This document shows, in pieces, positions 1 to 8,370 of a stretch of DNA of 22,832 nt (position 1 is the first letter of the stretch; the number at the start of each line of letters is the position of its first letter). Source of the DNA: an uncultured bacterium (GTDB taxonomy: Bacteria; UBP14; UBA6098); NCBI GenBank assembly GCA_964400105.1, contig CAYNTG010000031.1, forward strand, positions 1-22,832, in the 5' to 3' direction. A program made the position numbers and the translations under genes. The notes below the pieces were generated by a model. It saw only the letters and a list, made by a program, of their open reading frames with translations. It did no database searches and had not been told where the DNA came from.

Positions 1-231
1 CATCTCCTCTTCGTCGCCCTCGGCATGTTCGCCCTCTTCCATTTCCTCCTCGGCCTCGTCGGTCTCGAACTCGGCTATCGTAGCTTCGAGCTTGACGATA
101 TCCGCTTTTAGCTCCATGTTTTCCTTCTGAAGCTCTTTGATCTTCATCTGAGCCTCTGCGTCGCCCGGTGTGCATCCGGCAACGATAACCGCCGCGATAA
201 TCGCAACGATGATTATAATACTTTTCCTCAT
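1..231 (-). CDS. Lipoprotein with coiled-coil region (N-terminal 77 aa; 3' end outside window)
   Basis: Reverse-complement reading from ATG (complement of 229-231) gives MRKSIIIIVAIIAAVIVAGC..., a signal peptide with an L-x-x-C-like lipobox (VAGC). A charged heptad-like region follows (KIKELQKENMELKADIVKLEATIAEFE). GGAGGA Shine-Dalgarno lies about 6 nt upstream on the minus strand. The ORF runs off the window start. Confidence 0.55.
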   Translation of the reverse strand, partial: MRKSIIIIVAIIAAVIVAGCTPGDAEAQMKIKELQKENMELKADIVKLEATIAEFETDEAEEEMEEGEHAEGDEEEM

Positions 232-318
232 TTTTTCCTCCTTAAGGATTGGTCATTTTGGGAATAATCCATTTTCCTAAAAATATGTTATTATTAAGGT
301 ATTGTCAAATGGTTTCGT

Positions 319-1278
319 TCAAACGACGATTTGCCCGTCCTTCATTATCTGGAGATCGTCGAAGACGAGCGACGGTTCGAGCAAAATCGCATCGAGATGC
401 GAAGCCACGCGAACGTGGCCGCCCATCGAGCGGTTGTCGCCCATCGCGATATGCACGGTGCCGAGGACCTTTTCATCTTCGAGGACGTTGCCGATTAGCT
501 GCGCCTTATAATTCGTCCCGATTCCCAGTTCGGCGATATTATATGCCTCCTTGCCGTGCGGTTCCATTATCGATTTCAGATATTCTGCAGACTTGCCGCC
601 GGTAATCTCCACCGCATAACCGTCCTCGATCTTCACCGTGATGAAATCGTCCGGTTGAAGGATTCCCGTGTCGGCGATAGCGCCGTCGATAACCATCACG
701 CCGTTGGCCGTGCCCTCGAGCGGCGCGGTGTATGCCTCGCCTGCCGGCAGGTTGGTGAATTCACCAGGTTCGTGGCAAATTCCGGTATCGGGAAGTCCGG
801 CTCGACTTTCGAGAGAGAAGCTGAGGTCTGTGCCAGCAGGCGTGGTAACTCGGGCGCTTTTGGCATCTGTGATCTTCTTCGCCAATCGAATCGAGAGCGT
901 GGCGATTCGGCTGTAATCCGCATTCATCGCTCTCGTCATCGTTTCGGGGATAATATTCGGAAGCGTCGCGCACCTCGCGCCGGCTTTGCATGCGTTACGT
1001 CGTGCTTCGGTATGGCTCATGCTTCGCCACGTCGGAATTATCAGAACATCATAGGTCTTCATCATCTCGGCGATCTCCGGCGGCGGTTCTTCTGCATGAC
1101 TTTTTCTCGGTTTGATAGTTACCAGCGTCGCGTCGGCAATTTCTGCGGCGACATCGAATAAGGTTTTTCCGATCTCGAAAAGCTTGGTATCCGTAATCAC
1201 CAAAACCCGCTCGTCGGTTTTGACCCCCAAACATTCCCTAACCGCGACCTCTGCGGAGGCTTTTAAAGCTTCGTTCAT
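319..1278 (-). CDS. M29-family aminopeptidase-like protein (AmpS/PepS/aminopeptidase T family), 319 aa
   Basis: Full ORF. C-terminal region ...NIAELGIGTNYKAQ...GTVHIAMGDN...HVRVASHLDAILLEPSLVFDDLQIMKDGQIVV aligns by eye with the conserved C-terminal block of Thermus aminopeptidase T (...SHIAFG...HVDWMIGS..VDVDGL..DGT...RRGRWVI). Minus-strand AGAGAGAGG-type RBS before the ATG. Confidence 0.6.
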   Translation of the reverse strand: MNEALKASAEVAVRECLGVKTDERVLVITDTKLFEIGKTLFDVAAEIADATLVTIKPRKSHAEEPPPEIAEMMKTYDVLIIPTWRSMSHTEARRNACKAGARCATLPNIIPETMTRAMNADYSRIATLSIRLAKKITDAKSARVTTPAGTDLSFSLESRAGLPDTGICHEPGEFTNLPAGEAYTAPLEGTANGVMVIDGAIADTGILQPDDFITVKIEDGYAVEITGGKSAEYLKSIMEPHGKEAYNIAELGIGTNYKAQLIGNVLEDEKVLGTVHIAMGDNRSMGGHVRVASHLDAILLEPSLVFDDLQIMKDGQIVV

Positions 1279-1293
1279 TTGCCTCTCTCTTTA

Positions 1294-2145
1294 TTAATTT
1301 GTATTAAGGATTATCGGCGAAGTGCCCTTCATGTCGTCGGGTATCATAATGATCGTGTTGTTCGGCGAATTGACCAGCTGCTTCAACATCTCGATACGAT
1401 ACCACTGAATATAACCCGCCGTAAGGCCCTGCGCGATAATCTTATTCGCTTCGCGTATTCCTTCCGCTTCGACAACCTTACGCTCTTTTTCGAGGTGCTC
1501 TTTCTGCAGGACAAATTCCATCTTTCTTGCGTCCTGTTCGGCTGCGAGTTTCATGTCGATCGCATCTGATATTTTTGTAGGAAGAATGACATTTCGAAGT
1601 AAAATTTTATCGATCTCGACACCCTTGCCCTCGAGAAGACTTTGCGAACGCGTTCTGATGGAATGAACCACTGTATCTCGCTTTGAAGAATAGATATCCT
1701 CGGCTGTGAACTGAACAACTATATCTCTTATAGCAGTTCTAAGCGTCGGCCGGATTATTTTCCTATCATAATCCGAGCCGATTTCATTATATACCCACGG
1801 TGCCTTTTCCGGCGTAAGTCTATACCATGCAGTTAGGTCGAGCCGAACTGTTAATCCCTCTGATGTCAGGGCATCTATTGCGTCGTCCCCTTGGCGAAGC
1901 CCCTCTTCATGTGCAATCGACATCGTGTATTCGCGAAGGCGGGTTTCCATCTTGACCACGTTCGCAAGTGGATTCACGAGATGAAGCCCCGGATTGATAA
2001 TTTTCGGACGAACCTTTCCGAAAAGGACGATTACACCGACGTTTCCGGCCGGTATAACGGTGATCGCAGCGAGGATAAATATCGCGACGACAATCCCGAT
2101 AATCGACAGGATTACGGTTTTCAAACTTGCTTTTCTTGGATCCAT
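1294..2145 (-). CDS. SPFH/band-7 (stomatin/prohibitin/HflKC-like) membrane protein
   Basis: ORF 1294..2175. The start was moved to the internal ATG at 2145 (MDPRK...) because GGGAGGG lies 4 nt upstream on the minus strand. N-terminal TM helix (TVILSIIGIVVAIFILAAITVI) is followed by an SPFH-like domain and a coiled-coil, charged C-terminal part (KLAAEQDARKMEFVLQKEHLEKERKVVEAEGIREANKII). Confidence 0.7.
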   Translation of the reverse strand: MDPRKASLKTVILSIIGIVVAIFILAAITVIPAGNVGVIVLFGKVRPKIINPGLHLVNPLANVVKMETRLREYTMSIAHEEGLRQGDDAIDALTSEGLTVRLDLTAWYRLTPEKAPWVYNEIGSDYDRKIIRPTLRTAIRDIVVQFTAEDIYSSKRDTVVHSIRTRSQSLLEGKGVEIDKILLRNVILPTKISDAIDMKLAAEQDARKMEFVLQKEHLEKERKVVEAEGIREANKIIAQGLTAGYIQWYRIEMLKQLVNSPNNTIIMIPDDMKGTSPIILNTN

Positions 2146-2221
2146 TTTCCCTCCCATTTTTATATATTTATACAAAGATAATGCAGAAATAGTGTTATTT
2201 CAACGATTTATAATAAATTTA

Positions 2222-2250
2222 TAAAAAAAGGAGGCTAAATAAGCCTCCTT
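2222..2250 (-). terminator. Rho-independent terminator of the minus-strand trxA-tlpA-osmC operon
   Basis: Perfect 9-bp stem AAGGAGGCT / AGCCTCCTT with a 5-nt loop (2228-2250). Read on the minus strand it is followed by a run of seven U (complement of A2222-A2228). It sits 10 bp downstream of the OsmC stop. Confidence 0.7.
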
Positions 2251-2259
2251 GATTTAGTC

Positions 2260-2730
2260 CTATGTGTCGAATCTCGGAGGCCTTTTTCGAGAAGCCTCTT
2301 CTGGCGTGATAATCTCGAACGAGGTTGTTATCGGACTGACCGCAGATATCGTCGCGGATGCGGAGCAGTATTTATTTTGAGAAAGTTCTATTGCCTTTTC
2401 GACGGCTTTCGGCGGAATACCCTCGCCGACGACTGTGAAATGGATATGTATCTCCGACGCCACCTTCGGATGTTCATTGCGGCGTTTCGCCTCGATCTCG
2501 ATCCAAAGATCGTCGACCTGTATCCGCTTTTTCCTGAGCACATAGAGGACATCCATGCCAGTGCAACCGGCGAGGGAGGCGAAAAGCATCTCGAACGGGC
2601 GCATCGCGCCGTCGCTTCCACCGACGCCGGTTCCCGTATCCATCATCGTCCAGTGGCCGCTGTCCGAACGGGCGATGAATGACATGTCGCCTGATTTGCG
2701 GGCAAAAAGATGTAGTTTATTGACGGGCAT
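2260..2730 (-). CDS. OsmC/Ohr-family peroxiredoxin-like protein
   Basis: 156 aa. The sequence reads as OsmC-family by eye (...GGSDGAMRPFEMLFASLAGCTGMDVLYVLRKKRI...HIHFTVVGEGIPPKAVEKAIELSQNKYCSASATISA...). The start ATG overlaps the upstream tlpA-like stop (TAATG), implying co-translation. Confidence 0.65.
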   Translation of the reverse strand: MPVNKLHLFARKSGDMSFIARSDSGHWTMMDTGTGVGGSDGAMRPFEMLFASLAGCTGMDVLYVLRKKRIQVDDLWIEIEAKRRNEHPKVASEIHIHFTVVGEGIPPKAVEKAIELSQNKYCSASATISAVSPITTSFEIITPEEASRKRPPRFDT

Positions 2731-3416
2731 TATAGGGCCTTTTTCGATGATGTTGTATTTACGGCTACACTCTCTTCTATAAGCGGTTTGATAAGACCAT
2801 CGAATTGATTATATGAGTGCACGCCGACAACGCGATGTTTGACACATCCGCTGCGGTCGATGATAAATGTGGTCGGGATCGAGGTTACATTGCCATAAGC
2901 CATAGCCACATTATGTCCGTTTGCAAGAATCGTGTAGTTAATTCCCATTTTTTTAACGAAACCGGGAAGTGTCCGGGGATCGCGGTCGAGGGATATTCCG
3001 ACGACCACAAGGCCGCTTTCTCTGTATTTTTTCTGAAGCTCGATGAAACTGGGAATCTCCATTATGCACGGTCTGCAAAATATGGCCCAGAAATCGAGTA
3101 TTACGACCTTGCCTGCGAAATCCGAGAGTGAGACCGGCTTGCCGTTCAGGTCGCCGAGCGTGAATGAAGGAGCGGGATTATCGCATTTAACCGGCGGTTC
3201 CGGTTTGGCCTCGGTCGGCTCTTCGATCTCAGCAGGGTTGTTTTCGACAACGACCTCGTCGTTTGGAATAGGTTCTTCCGGCGTTCGATCCTCTTCGACC
3301 TCCGCAGCAGGCGGCTCCTGTATCGACGAAACGTCGGGTTCGTCCTTCTTTGCACACCCGGATATGCCAATAAACATAGCGAGTGCGATGAGAAGGATGG
3401 CAAAATATTTCAGCAT
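2730..3416 (-). CDS. TlpA/ResA-like thiol-disulfide oxidoreductase lipoprotein (thioredoxin fold, CxxC = CRPC)
   Basis: ORF 2730..3473. The start was moved to the ATG at 3416 (MLKYFAILLIALAMFIGISGC, a lipoprotein signal with lipobox ISGC), which has GGAGAG 5 nt upstream. A low-complexity Pro/Glu-rich linker precedes a thioredoxin-fold domain containing VVILDFWAIFCRPCIMEIP. The gene begins 2 nt after the trxA stop. Confidence 0.7.
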   Translation of the reverse strand: MLKYFAILLIALAMFIGISGCAKKDEPDVSSIQEPPAAEVEEDRTPEEPIPNDEVVVENNPAEIEEPTEAKPEPPVKCDNPAPSFTLGDLNGKPVSLSDFAGKVVILDFWAIFCRPCIMEIPSFIELQKKYRESGLVVVGISLDRDPRTLPGFVKKMGINYTILANGHNVAMAYGNVTSIPTTFIIDRSGCVKHRVVGVHSYNQFDGLIKPLIEESVAVNTTSSKKAL

Positions 3417-3417
3417 T

Positions 3418-3741
3418 TTACTCTCCGATAAGCGAGGTGGTTTTATCGTAAAGGGTCTCGAATGGAACCGCACCGAGCACCGATTCCGCGACCTTTCCGT
3501 CCTTGAACCACATAATCGTTGGGATGCTCATCACCCGGAATTTTGCGGCGGTCTTTCGGTTCTCATCGATGTTAATTTTATATACCTTGATCTTATCTCC
3601 CATTTTTTTCTCGAGCTTCTCGATCTCCGGCCCGACCATTACGCATGGGCCGCACCAAGGCGCCCAAAAATCCACTACCGCGCAGCCATCGGAATTCGTG
3701 ATTTTCTCGTCGAAATTGGCATCATTAATGTGTTCAGGCAT
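3418..3741 (-). CDS. trxA: Thioredoxin
   Basis: 107 aa with the canonical motif DFWAPWCGPC and typical thioredoxin length. GGGAGGA RBS lies 4-5 nt upstream on the minus strand. It is the first gene of the minus-strand redox operon. Confidence 0.85.
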   Translation of the reverse strand: MPEHINDANFDEKITNSDGCAVVDFWAPWCGPCVMVGPEIEKLEKKMGDKIKVYKINIDENRKTAAKFRVMSIPTIMWFKDGKVAESVLGAVPFETLYDKTTSLIGE

Positions 3742-4019
3742 TTGATCCTCCCGTCGTAGTTTGTTCTGATATTAATAATTTGACCGAAATATATGGGTGC
3801 ATATCGATATGTCAAGGATAAAAATATTTGTTTATCTGTATATATGAATATCTGAATATCATTAATCGTTTCTATTCTTAAAAAAAGAAAATCATCGTTA
3901 AAATCTGTTGCAAAATCGGACAAATAGACTAATTTGAATGAACCTTTCGGATATACTCCGTGGGTTCCTGACAATGTCGCATAGTTCCGTAGATCTATTT
4001 AATTTAAGAGGAGAATGAA
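3742..4019. promoter_or_regulatory. AT-rich divergent promoter region between trxA (minus) and tkt (plus)
   Basis: 278-bp spacer with markedly lower GC than the flanking genes. It contains a tandem 8-bp direct repeat TGAATATC TGAATATC (3845-3860) and a small inverted repeat ATATGggtgCATAT (about 3790-3803). The tkt RBS AAGAGGAG is at 4006-4013. Confidence 0.45.
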
Positions 4020-6080
4020 GTGACCTTAAGTGACCTCGAATCGAGATGTATAAACACGATACGATTTCTTTCCGCAGACGCCATTCAAAAAGCGAAATCG
4101 GGCCACCCCGGATTGCCGATGGGCGCGGCGCCGATGGCGCATGCGCTCTGGTCGCGGCATCTTCGTTTCGATCCGAAAGCCACATGCTGGCCGGATCGCG
4201 ACCGTTTCGTGCTGTCCGCAGGACATGGCTCGATGCTCCTTTACTCAATGCTTCACCTCACGGGATACGATATTCCAATCGAGGAGATCGAATCGTTTAG
4301 GCAATGGGGGAGCCATGCTCCGGGGCATCCCGAAAATATTTTGACACCCGGTGTCGAGGCGACCACCGGACCGCTCGGGCAGGGAATCGCCAACGCGGTC
4401 GGAATGGCTATTGCCGAGGCTCATCTTGCGGCCGAATTCAACACGCCCGATTTCCCGAATATCGTCCATCATCATACATATTCGATTTGCGGCGACGGCG
4501 ACCTTATGGAAGGCATCTCCTACGAAGCAGCTTCTTTGGCGGGTCATCTCAAGCTCGGTAAACTGATCGTCCTTTTCGACGATAACCGGATATCCCTCGC
4601 CGGGGCTAGCGCTTTGAGCACATCCGAGGACATCGAAAAGCGATTCGAGGCGGCGGAATGGCAGGTTATTCGCGTCGGCGACGGAAACGATGTGGATTCC
4701 ATCGACGACGCGATTTCGCGGGCGAAGGCGTGCGCAGATAAGCCGTCTCTTATCATGGTCAGAACGGTTATCGGTTTCGGTTCTCCAAACAAGGCTGGCA
4801 GTTCTAAGGCCCATGGCTCGCCGCTCGGCGAGGACGAACTTCGCGAAACGAAAAAATCGCTCGGTTGGCCGCTGGAACCGGCATTTTATATTCCCGACGA
4901 TGTTTTAAAATTCTATCGTGATTGCGGCAAAAAAGCCGCCGAGGCTCATCGAACATGGCTTTCAGATTTCGAGAACTATCGACAGACATATCCCGACGAG
5001 GCCGCAGAATTCGAGCGACGATTCGCCGAAAGGCTCCCCGATAACTGGAATTCCTCTCTGCCAAAATATTCCGCAACCGACGATCCGATAGCGACGCGCA
5101 AGGCTGGCGAGGCGGCTATGAAAGCCATGGCCGACAAGTTACCGGAACTTATCGGCGGATGCGCCGATCTCAATCCATCGACGTTCGCATGGCTTCCGGG
5201 GCACGGCGATTTCCAACCGGACGAAACGGTTCCGGCAGAACAAATCGAGGGTAGCGTCGGAGGGGTATGGGGATACGCGGGACGGAATATCCATTTCGGC
5301 GTTCGGGAACATGCGATGGGGTCGGTCGCGCTCGGAATCGCACTTCACGGCGGGTTGATCCCGTTCACCGGCACATTTTTCGTTTTCCTGGATTACATGC
5401 GCCCGTCGATTAGGCTCGCCGCGCTCTCGAGGATTCGAACGATCTTCGTTTTCAGCCACGACAGCATCGGCGTGGGCGAGGACGGCCCGACGCACCAGCC
5501 GGTCGAGCATATCGCAAACCTTCGTGCGATCCCGGACCTCGTCACGATCCGTCCGGCGGACGGCAACGAAGCGGTCGAGGCGTGGCGCATCGCTATCGAG
5601 CGAAAAGATGGCCCGACGGCGCTCGTTTTCAGCAGACAAAAATTGCCGATTATCGATCGCGAAAAAACCGCTGCGGCTTCAGATTTACGACGGGGTGCAT
5701 ATATTATCCGGCAGGCGAACAAGTCTCGAACGGACATCATACTCATCGCAACCGGATCGGAGGTTTCAATCGCTATCGAGGCCGCAAAGATGCTCGAAAA
5801 AGAAGGAATTGCGGTGCGCGTCCTTTCGATGCCGTCGTGGGAGCTTTTCGAGGCACAGCCGGTCGAATATCGGGAATCGATCTTACCGCCGAATATAAAG
5901 GCACGAATCGCTATCGAGGCGGGAATCGGACAGGGATGGGAGCGCTATATCGGTTTCGATGGCGATTTTATCGGCATGAGTGGTTTCGGCGCGAGCGCAC
6001 CGGCAAAAATTCTTTATGAAAAATTCGGAATAACAGCGAAAAACATCGTCGAGCGCGCTAAAATACTCATTTCTAAGTAG
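4020..6080 (+). CDS. tkt: Transketolase
   Basis: 686 aa with the canonical N-terminal thiamine-diphosphate-binding motifs (...[25 protein letters not shown]...[17 protein letters not shown]...) and a full-length TK C-terminal domain. An in-frame ATG at 4015 is followed immediately by TGA, so the probable start is GTG at 4020, 6 nt after AAGAGGAG. Confidence 0.9.
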   Translation: MTLSDLESRCINTIRFLSADAIQKAKSGHPGLPMGAAPMAHALWSRHLRFDPKATCWPDRDRFVLSAGHGSMLLYSMLHLTGYDIPIEEIESFRQWGSHAPGHPENILTPGVEATTGPLGQGIANAVGMAIAEAHLAAEFNTPDFPNIVHHHTYSICGDGDLMEGISYEAASLAGHLKLGKLIVLFDDNRISLAGASALSTSEDIEKRFEAAEWQVIRVGDGNDVDSIDDAISRAKACADKPSLIMVRTVIGFGSPNKAGSSKAHGSPLGEDELRETKKSLGWPLEPAFYIPDDVLKFYRDCGKKAAEAHRTWLSDFENYRQTYPDEAAEFERRFAERLPDNWNSSLPKYSATDDPIATRKAGEAAMKAMADKLPELIGGCADLNPSTFAWLPGHGDFQPDETVPAEQIEGSVGGVWGYAGRNIHFGVREHAMGSVALGIALHGGLIPFTGTFFVFLDYMRPSIRLAALSRIRTIFVFSHDSIGVGEDGPTHQPVEHIANLRAIPDLVTIRPADGNEAVEAWRIAIERKDGPTALVFSRQKLPIIDREKTAAASDLRRGAYIIRQANKSRTDIILIATGSEVSIAIEAAKMLEKEGIAVRVLSMPSWELFEAQPVEYRESILPPNIKARIAIEAGIGQGWERYIGFDGDFIGMSGFGASAPAKILYEKFGITAKNIVERAKILISK

Positions 6081-6116
6081 AGATTGCCGCGGGCTTCGCC
6101 CTCCTCGCAATGACGT
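6081..6116. repeat. Short repeat element (copy A) related to elements in the batB-yihY spacer
   Basis: AGATTGCCGCGGGCTTCGCCCTCCTCGCAATGAC. Its reverse complement GTCATTGCGAGGAGGGCGAAGCCCGCGGCAATCT matches 18316-18349 (GTCATTGCGAGGAAGCGAAGCGACGAAGCAATCC), with 13/13 identical at the 5' end and shared GCGAAG and GCAATC blocks. Confidence 0.5.
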
Positions 6117-6195
6117 GCCAATGGAGGGAGATTGCTACGCAGCGACGAATAACATAATATTCAATAAGGCATCGAAGAACATTATCGGAGGAAAT

Positions 6196-7314
6196 ATGAA
6201 CCGAATTCAACAGCTTCACAAAATCGGCCAGTCGATCTGGCTCGACAATATCGAAAGATCGCTTATTACTTCGGGAAGACTCGCCGAACTGGTCGATATG
6301 GGTATCCGGGGGGTTACATCGAACCCCTCGATCTTCGAGAAGGCGATAGTCGGCGGCGCGGCATACGACGACGATATCGCGAAGCTCGCTTCGAGTGGCA
6401 AATCGGCGATGAAGATATACGAGGCCGTCGCGGTCGAGGATATTTCGCTCGCCGCCGATGTCCTGCGGAAGGTTTTCAACGAATCCTGCGGAGAGGACGG
6501 ATATGTCAGCCTCGAGGTAAGTCCGCTGATCGCAGACGACACGGAGACAACGATCTCGGAGGCGCGACGGCTTTTCAAACTTATCGATCGACCTAATATA
6601 ATGATAAAGGTTCCGGCGACGCGCGAGGGAATGCCCGCAGTGAGAAAGCTTATCGGCGAAGGGATAAACATTAACGCGACGCTGATCTTCTCCGTCTCTC
6701 AGTATGAGGAAATCGCGGAGGCCTATATCTCAGGCATCGAGGATTTGATCGCCGCCGGTGGAGACCCATCGAGTGTCGCGTCCGTGGCTTCGATCTTCGT
6801 CAGCCGTCTCGATGGTAAGATCGATCCAATTCTCGAATCGATGGGTATCGTCGAGCTTCGCGGCGAGATCGCAATAGCCAATTCGACGTCAGTGTATTCA
6901 CGCTTTAAAGAAATATTTGCCGGAGAGCGGTGGCAAGCCCTTTCGGAAAAAGGCGCTCGCGTGCAGCGTGTTTTGTGGGCGAGCACGGGAACGAAGAATC
7001 CCGAATATTCCGATCTGCTTTATGTCTATAACCTCGTCGGGCCGCAAACCGTGAACACGTTGCCGGGCAAGACCCTCGATGCGCTTATCGATCACCTTCT
7101 CGTCGAGGAGACGATTATGCGTGATCCTGAAAGCGCGAAAAAGGCTATCGAAAGACTGCCACAAATTGGCATCGATCTGGACAAGATCAACGATATGCTT
7201 CTTCAGGAGGGTGTGGAAAAATTCGCCGTCTCGTTCAATTCACTAATCGACAGTATCGAGTCGGCAATGCCGACAGATAACTTGCTCAACGGCTTCGCCG
7301 ATTCGCTACACTAA
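6196..7314 (+). CDS. tal: Transaldolase (long form, about 372 aa)
   Basis: ORF 6115..7314. The start was moved to the ATG at 6196 (MNRIQQLHKIGQSIWLDNIERSLITSG...), which has GGAGG 5 nt upstream. Transaldolase-family motifs are visible (GVTSNPSIFEKAI; IMIKVPATREGMPA). It follows tkt after a 115-bp spacer. Confidence 0.8.
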   Translation: MNRIQQLHKIGQSIWLDNIERSLITSGRLAELVDMGIRGVTSNPSIFEKAIVGGAAYDDDIAKLASSGKSAMKIYEAVAVEDISLAADVLRKVFNESCGEDGYVSLEVSPLIADDTETTISEARRLFKLIDRPNIMIKVPATREGMPAVRKLIGEGININATLIFSVSQYEEIAEAYISGIEDLIAAGGDPSSVASVASIFVSRLDGKIDPILESMGIVELRGEIAIANSTSVYSRFKEIFAGERWQALSEKGARVQRVLWASTGTKNPEYSDLLYVYNLVGPQTVNTLPGKTLDALIDHLLVEETIMRDPESAKKAIERLPQIGIDLDKINDMLLQEGVEKFAVSFNSLIDSIESAMPTDNLLNGFADSLH

Positions 7315-7321
7315 AATAAAC

Positions 7322-7345
7322 TCTCCCCCTTATTCAAGGGGGAGA
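7322..7345 (+). terminator. GC-rich hairpin directly after tal (putative terminator)
   Basis: TCTCCCCC ttattcaa GGGGGAGA, a perfect 8-bp stem with an 8-nt loop, 8 nt after the tal stop. It is not followed by a clean U-run, hence moderate confidence. Confidence 0.45.
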
Positions 7346-7675
7346 TGTCCGCCACAAGGTCCGTATGGAAAGGACATATGGATCGCAACCATCCGCCCAT
7401 TTATATCATATCAATCGCCTCGATTAACATCTTCTCCTCGTTGAGATTTGGCGGCATCCGTTCCATCGATTCGTTGCGTGAATCACAGAATACGTGAGTT
7501 TTCTTGCGGCAGATTATTGAGAAATGACTTGCACATCGGACAGATCGACATTATTTTCATGTTCGAGAATAGGTGCGGAAGTTTCGTCACCGAGGCGTTA
7601 AACCGCTTCGCACGATTCGCTTCGGCTAGATGAAATTTTTCTATATGAAGTATCAAAACCAACAAGGAGAAAAAC

Positions 7676-7963
7676 ATGTGGCTAGTCTTGATCTATCTCG
7701 CGCTTTTAGGAGTATATCTTGGGTTAACTATTCCGAGACTCAGAAAAAAGGTAAAAAAGGGTAATATTTATCTTGCAATCCTTGGGAATGTTATGGCTAT
7801 GGGAGGATTGTTGTTTTATTATTATCTTGTGCGTTTAGTTGGTGGTGATCTTGAGCTATGGTTAATCCTGGCAATGATTCTTGTTGTTTTCGGAATATGG
7901 ATCGGTAATAGAGAGACCAAGAAAGAAATATCAGACGACGTGGAAAAGAAGCAAGCTGATTGA
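7676..7963 (+). CDS. Small hypothetical membrane protein (95 aa, 3 predicted TM helices), low-GC gene
   Basis: AAGGAG lies 6 nt upstream of the ATG. Three hydrophobic segments separated by Lys/Arg-rich loops, with a charged C-terminus (ETKKEISDDVEKKQAD). GC content is visibly lower than the surrounding genes (roughly 38-40% against about 55%). I recognise no family. Confidence 0.5.
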   Translation: MWLVLIYLALLGVYLGLTIPRLRKKVKKGNIYLAILGNVMAMGGLLFYYYLVRLVGGDLELWLILAMILVVFGIWIGNRETKKEISDDVEKKQAD

Positions 7964-8219
7964 TCTGAGACCTACGAAAATTTTCCTCGCTTCGGGCGGC
8001 AGTGCCGTAGCCGTCGAGCATGACGGCTGCGGAGCGGACAGGCGGCCGGCATGGGGGATGGCGGGTTTGGGGTTGGGATTTTTGCGTCCTATCGGAACCG
8101 CAAAAATCATGACGGCCGATGCGTTGGTGTAACGGCAATCGCCTACCACGGTATATCCTAAGGGCGCTTCGATTAAGCTCGATTGTTGTTCTGCCTTGCC
8201 TGTCGTCATGTGGCGACTG

Positions 8220-8267
8220 GTCGTATAGATATATGCCTTGTCATTTTGGCATATATCTATAAACGAC
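8220..8267. repeat. Long imperfect palindrome about 100 bp upstream of the response-regulator gene
   Basis: GTCGTATAGATATATGCC ttgtcatttt GGCATATATCTATAAACGAC: 14 perfect pairs plus a 5-bp GTCGT/ACGAC extension across a 2-nt bulge, with a 10-nt loop. It is not followed by a U-run on either strand, so it is more likely an operator or structured element than an intrinsic terminator. Confidence 0.5.
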
Positions 8268-8370
8268 GATAAAAAATCCGAGATAGCGGTTTTCCAATAA
8301 AGTCCTCACGACCAATAATTACGAGTGTGTTTGTTTTTTGGCATTTCGTTTGCGATTATCGTTGGCGAGT

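Noticed and set aside
249-605. Plus-strand ORFs 249..605 and 556..1161
   Set aside because: They are antisense to the well-supported M29 aminopeptidase gene. Their Arg/Cys/Ser-rich, low-complexity translations are typical of reverse-strand reading of a GC-rich gene, and they have no RBS.
1294-2175. Using the first ATG (2175) as the start of the SPFH gene
   Set aside because: The first two ATGs lack an RBS and lie in an AT-rich promoter-like stretch. The third ATG (2145) is preceded by GGGAGGG at ideal spacing, so the shorter start was chosen.
3043-3759. 238-aa plus-strand ORF
   Set aside because: Antisense to the tlpA-like and trxA genes, both of which have unmistakable CxxC thioredoxin-fold motifs. 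Its Ser/Gly-rich low-complexity translation is not protein-like.
4245-5746. Several minus-strand ORFs (4245..4814, 5139..5639, 5393..5746) inside tkt
   Set aside because: Antisense to transketolase, whose identity is certain. Arg-rich translations are typical of GC-rich antisense frames.
7483-7677. Minus-strand 64-aa ORF containing an internal 25-aa peptide MKIMSICPMCKSFLNNLPQENSRIL
   Set aside because: No Shine-Dalgarno precedes either ATG. It ends in a region with no other support. The two-Cys CPMC motif is suggestive of a metal-binding leader peptide but is insufficient evidence. I left it as part of the unexplained non-coding interval.
7985-8130. Possible tRNA or other RNA gene in the GC-rich block
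   Set aside because: I could not fold any segment into a cloverleaf with a T-loop (GTTCxAxxC-type) or D-loop consensus. There are no CCA or anticodon-stem features. It was kept only as an unexplained GC-rich non-coding block.
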